46,454 bases of DNA from Shigella phage Sf11 SMD-2017: the sequence record MF158038; one strand, given 5' to 3'. Numbering within the stretch: position 1 is the stretch's first letter; each line of letters starts with the position of its first letter. The translations under genes were made by a program, and so were the position numbers. This document shows, in pieces, positions 44,957 to 46,454 of the stretch. The notes below the pieces were generated by a model. The model saw only the letters and a program-made list of their open reading frames with translations, did no database searches and was not told where the DNA came from.

Positions 44957-45186
44957 ACCCTAACCCCAATAATCTCTTCGTAATAGCCATCTTCTTCAAA
45001 CTCAATCTTTGCGATTGTGAATGCATCCTTGTCTGTGATGTCAATCGCTTTGAATTTGCACTTTGCCAGCACAATGCAGCCTGAAATGATTAACCACTTA
45101 TTCCACCAGCGCACTCGCTTGATTGTCTTGATTGCATATATCTTGTTCTGAGTAAACCAGAACTCGTATGTTTTTACTTTTGCCAT
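44953..45186 (-). CDS. Hypothetical protein
   Basis: ORF track; ATGA coupling. Confidence 0.4.
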   Translation of the reverse strand: MAKVKTYEFWFTQNKIYAIKTIKRVRWWNKWLIISGCIVLAKCKFKAIDITDKDAFTIAKIEFEEDGYYEEIIGVRV

Positions 45187-45222
45187 ATCATCACCATTGA
45201 AAATAAGAGCGCTGAATCGAGG

Positions 45223-45405
45223 TCAGAACACGATAATCAGCTCATCCATTACTCTTCGCTTGCCTTCACCGTTAAACACACGCACAACGCGATTTACGCG
45301 GATAGATTCCATTGCATTGCGTGCCTGCTTGCTCATGAAGTTCTGCGCGCCAACGTGACCAAGTTCTTGTTCCAGCTTTTCGCGACGATAGATAGTCTTT
45401 GCCAT
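45223..45405 (-). CDS. Hypothetical protein
   Basis: ORF track. Confidence 0.35.
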   Translation of the reverse strand: MAKTIYRREKLEQELGHVGAQNFMSKQARNAMESIRVNRVVRVFNGEGKRRVMDELIIVF

Positions 45406-45752
45406 TTGTTACGCCTCGTATGAATTAATGATTGCCTTAATGCGCCGACGATACCACTGCATGATGTGCTCGTTATGCCAGTTGCTCATTTTGCTACTCC
45501 TTATACCCTGATTTAGAAACTGCCACTGCGATAATGATGAATGCCACGATAACCAGACTGGCGATAAGTTCGAATGCTGCGCCAGTCATTTGTTGATTCC
45601 ATAAGCTGAGATTAAAGCCTGCATTGCTGCGTTCCAGAATGCCTCAGCATGAATGCTGTTGTTCTGGCGATTAACTGCAATGCGCGCCATAGCCTGTGCA
45701 TCTTCAAATTCTTCACGGTCTTTGATTTTCATTTCTTCACCCTCAGTTGTTT

Positions 45753-45781
45753 CGATGAGTTCAATCTACATCAATGGTTAT
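45753..45781 (-). promoter_or_regulatory. Leftward early promoter TTGACG-N17-TAGATT
   Basis: cgtcaa 45776-45781 and aatcta 45753-45758 on plus strand; same motif family as the island promoters. Confidence 0.55.
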
Positions 45782-46119
45782 TCTACGTCAACACACAGAG
45801 AAAGAAAAAGCACGGCTAAATGTTAGTGAACGTTAGCTTACATATATAGTTACATACATTACTAATAGTAGCCTTTGTTTATTACATCTATAAAGTATAT
45901 TAAGATCTTCTTTATATTTATTATATATATTAATACCTTACGCTACATAAACACGAAAACCAGCAATTAAGCTGGTTGATTTGTTAATGAATTTCGTTGA
46001 TTTTGAATACCGAGTTATCTGGAAGCGAAATTCCTTTTGTTTTCAGTATCTTCCGTTCGCTTCCCGGCTTCCCGAAAATACCCCCCCCTTTTTTTATGAT
46101 GAGCTTTTTGTTTATCCAT

Positions 46120-46454
46120 TTTTTTTGCTCGGGAAGCGAACACCTAAATTACTGATTTTGCTTAATATTGGCTTCCCGAGAATTTTTCTCATTTACCTAT
46201 ATACTATTGAAAGATAAAGGAAAAATTAATCTCTGAAATATTAATACGCTTTTTCGGGAAGCGTGTCAACTCAGGAGGTAAAGTATGTAGGTTGCTATTA
46301 AGTGTTTCTTCGTGTGCTTGCTGAATTATAGAAAAGTTGATATATTAAATTGAGTTTACTGTTGATTGATTGTCTGGAGGTTGTCATGTACAGGTTTGGT
46401 AGCGCAATGGCTGAGGTGTATGAGTTTGTTAGCGGGATGTCGATTGGAGAGGTG
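46120..46454. repeat. Right copy of 335-bp exact direct terminal repeat
   Basis: Identical to 1..335. Confidence 0.9.

Noticed and set aside
45981-46217. 78-aa ORF in the AT-rich terminal region
   Set aside because: Located in the repeat-rich non-coding region overlapping the terminal repeat; Phe/Leu-rich translation typical of AT-rich non-coding DNA.

Overview
The window looks like a complete ~46.1 kb tailed-phage genome (siphovirus-like, probably with an enterobacterial host), bounded by a 335-bp exact terminal repeat (1..335 = 46120..46454). The left ~8.7 kb is a plus-strand early/replication module: primase-polymerase with helicase-like domain, ASCH protein, Sak4-like ATPase, Gp157-like protein, SSB-like protein, SF2 helicase and VRR-NUC nuclease. 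From 8.7 to 43.9 kb the minus strand carries late genes: tailspike, a lambda-like tail tip (J/I, K, L), tape measure, major tail, connectors, capsid, scaffold, a lysis cassette, portal and terminase. This late region is interrupted by six plus-strand islands, each preceded by a near-identical sigma70-like promoter (TTGACR-N17-TAGATT/TATAGT). The islands carry tRNA-Ser(GCU) and tRNA-Arg(UCU), a superinfection-immunity moron, a ParB-like protein, a truncated DnaN (beta-clamp)-like protein, an HNH-AP2 endonuclease and a gene with a perfect 249-bp in-frame tandem duplication. The most unusual observations are the mini beta-clamp homologue, two copies of the host SSB C-terminal tip (one lying in-frame after the VRR-NUC stop codon), and the recurring promoter/operator motif. 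All functional calls rest on motif recognition by eye; no database search was run.
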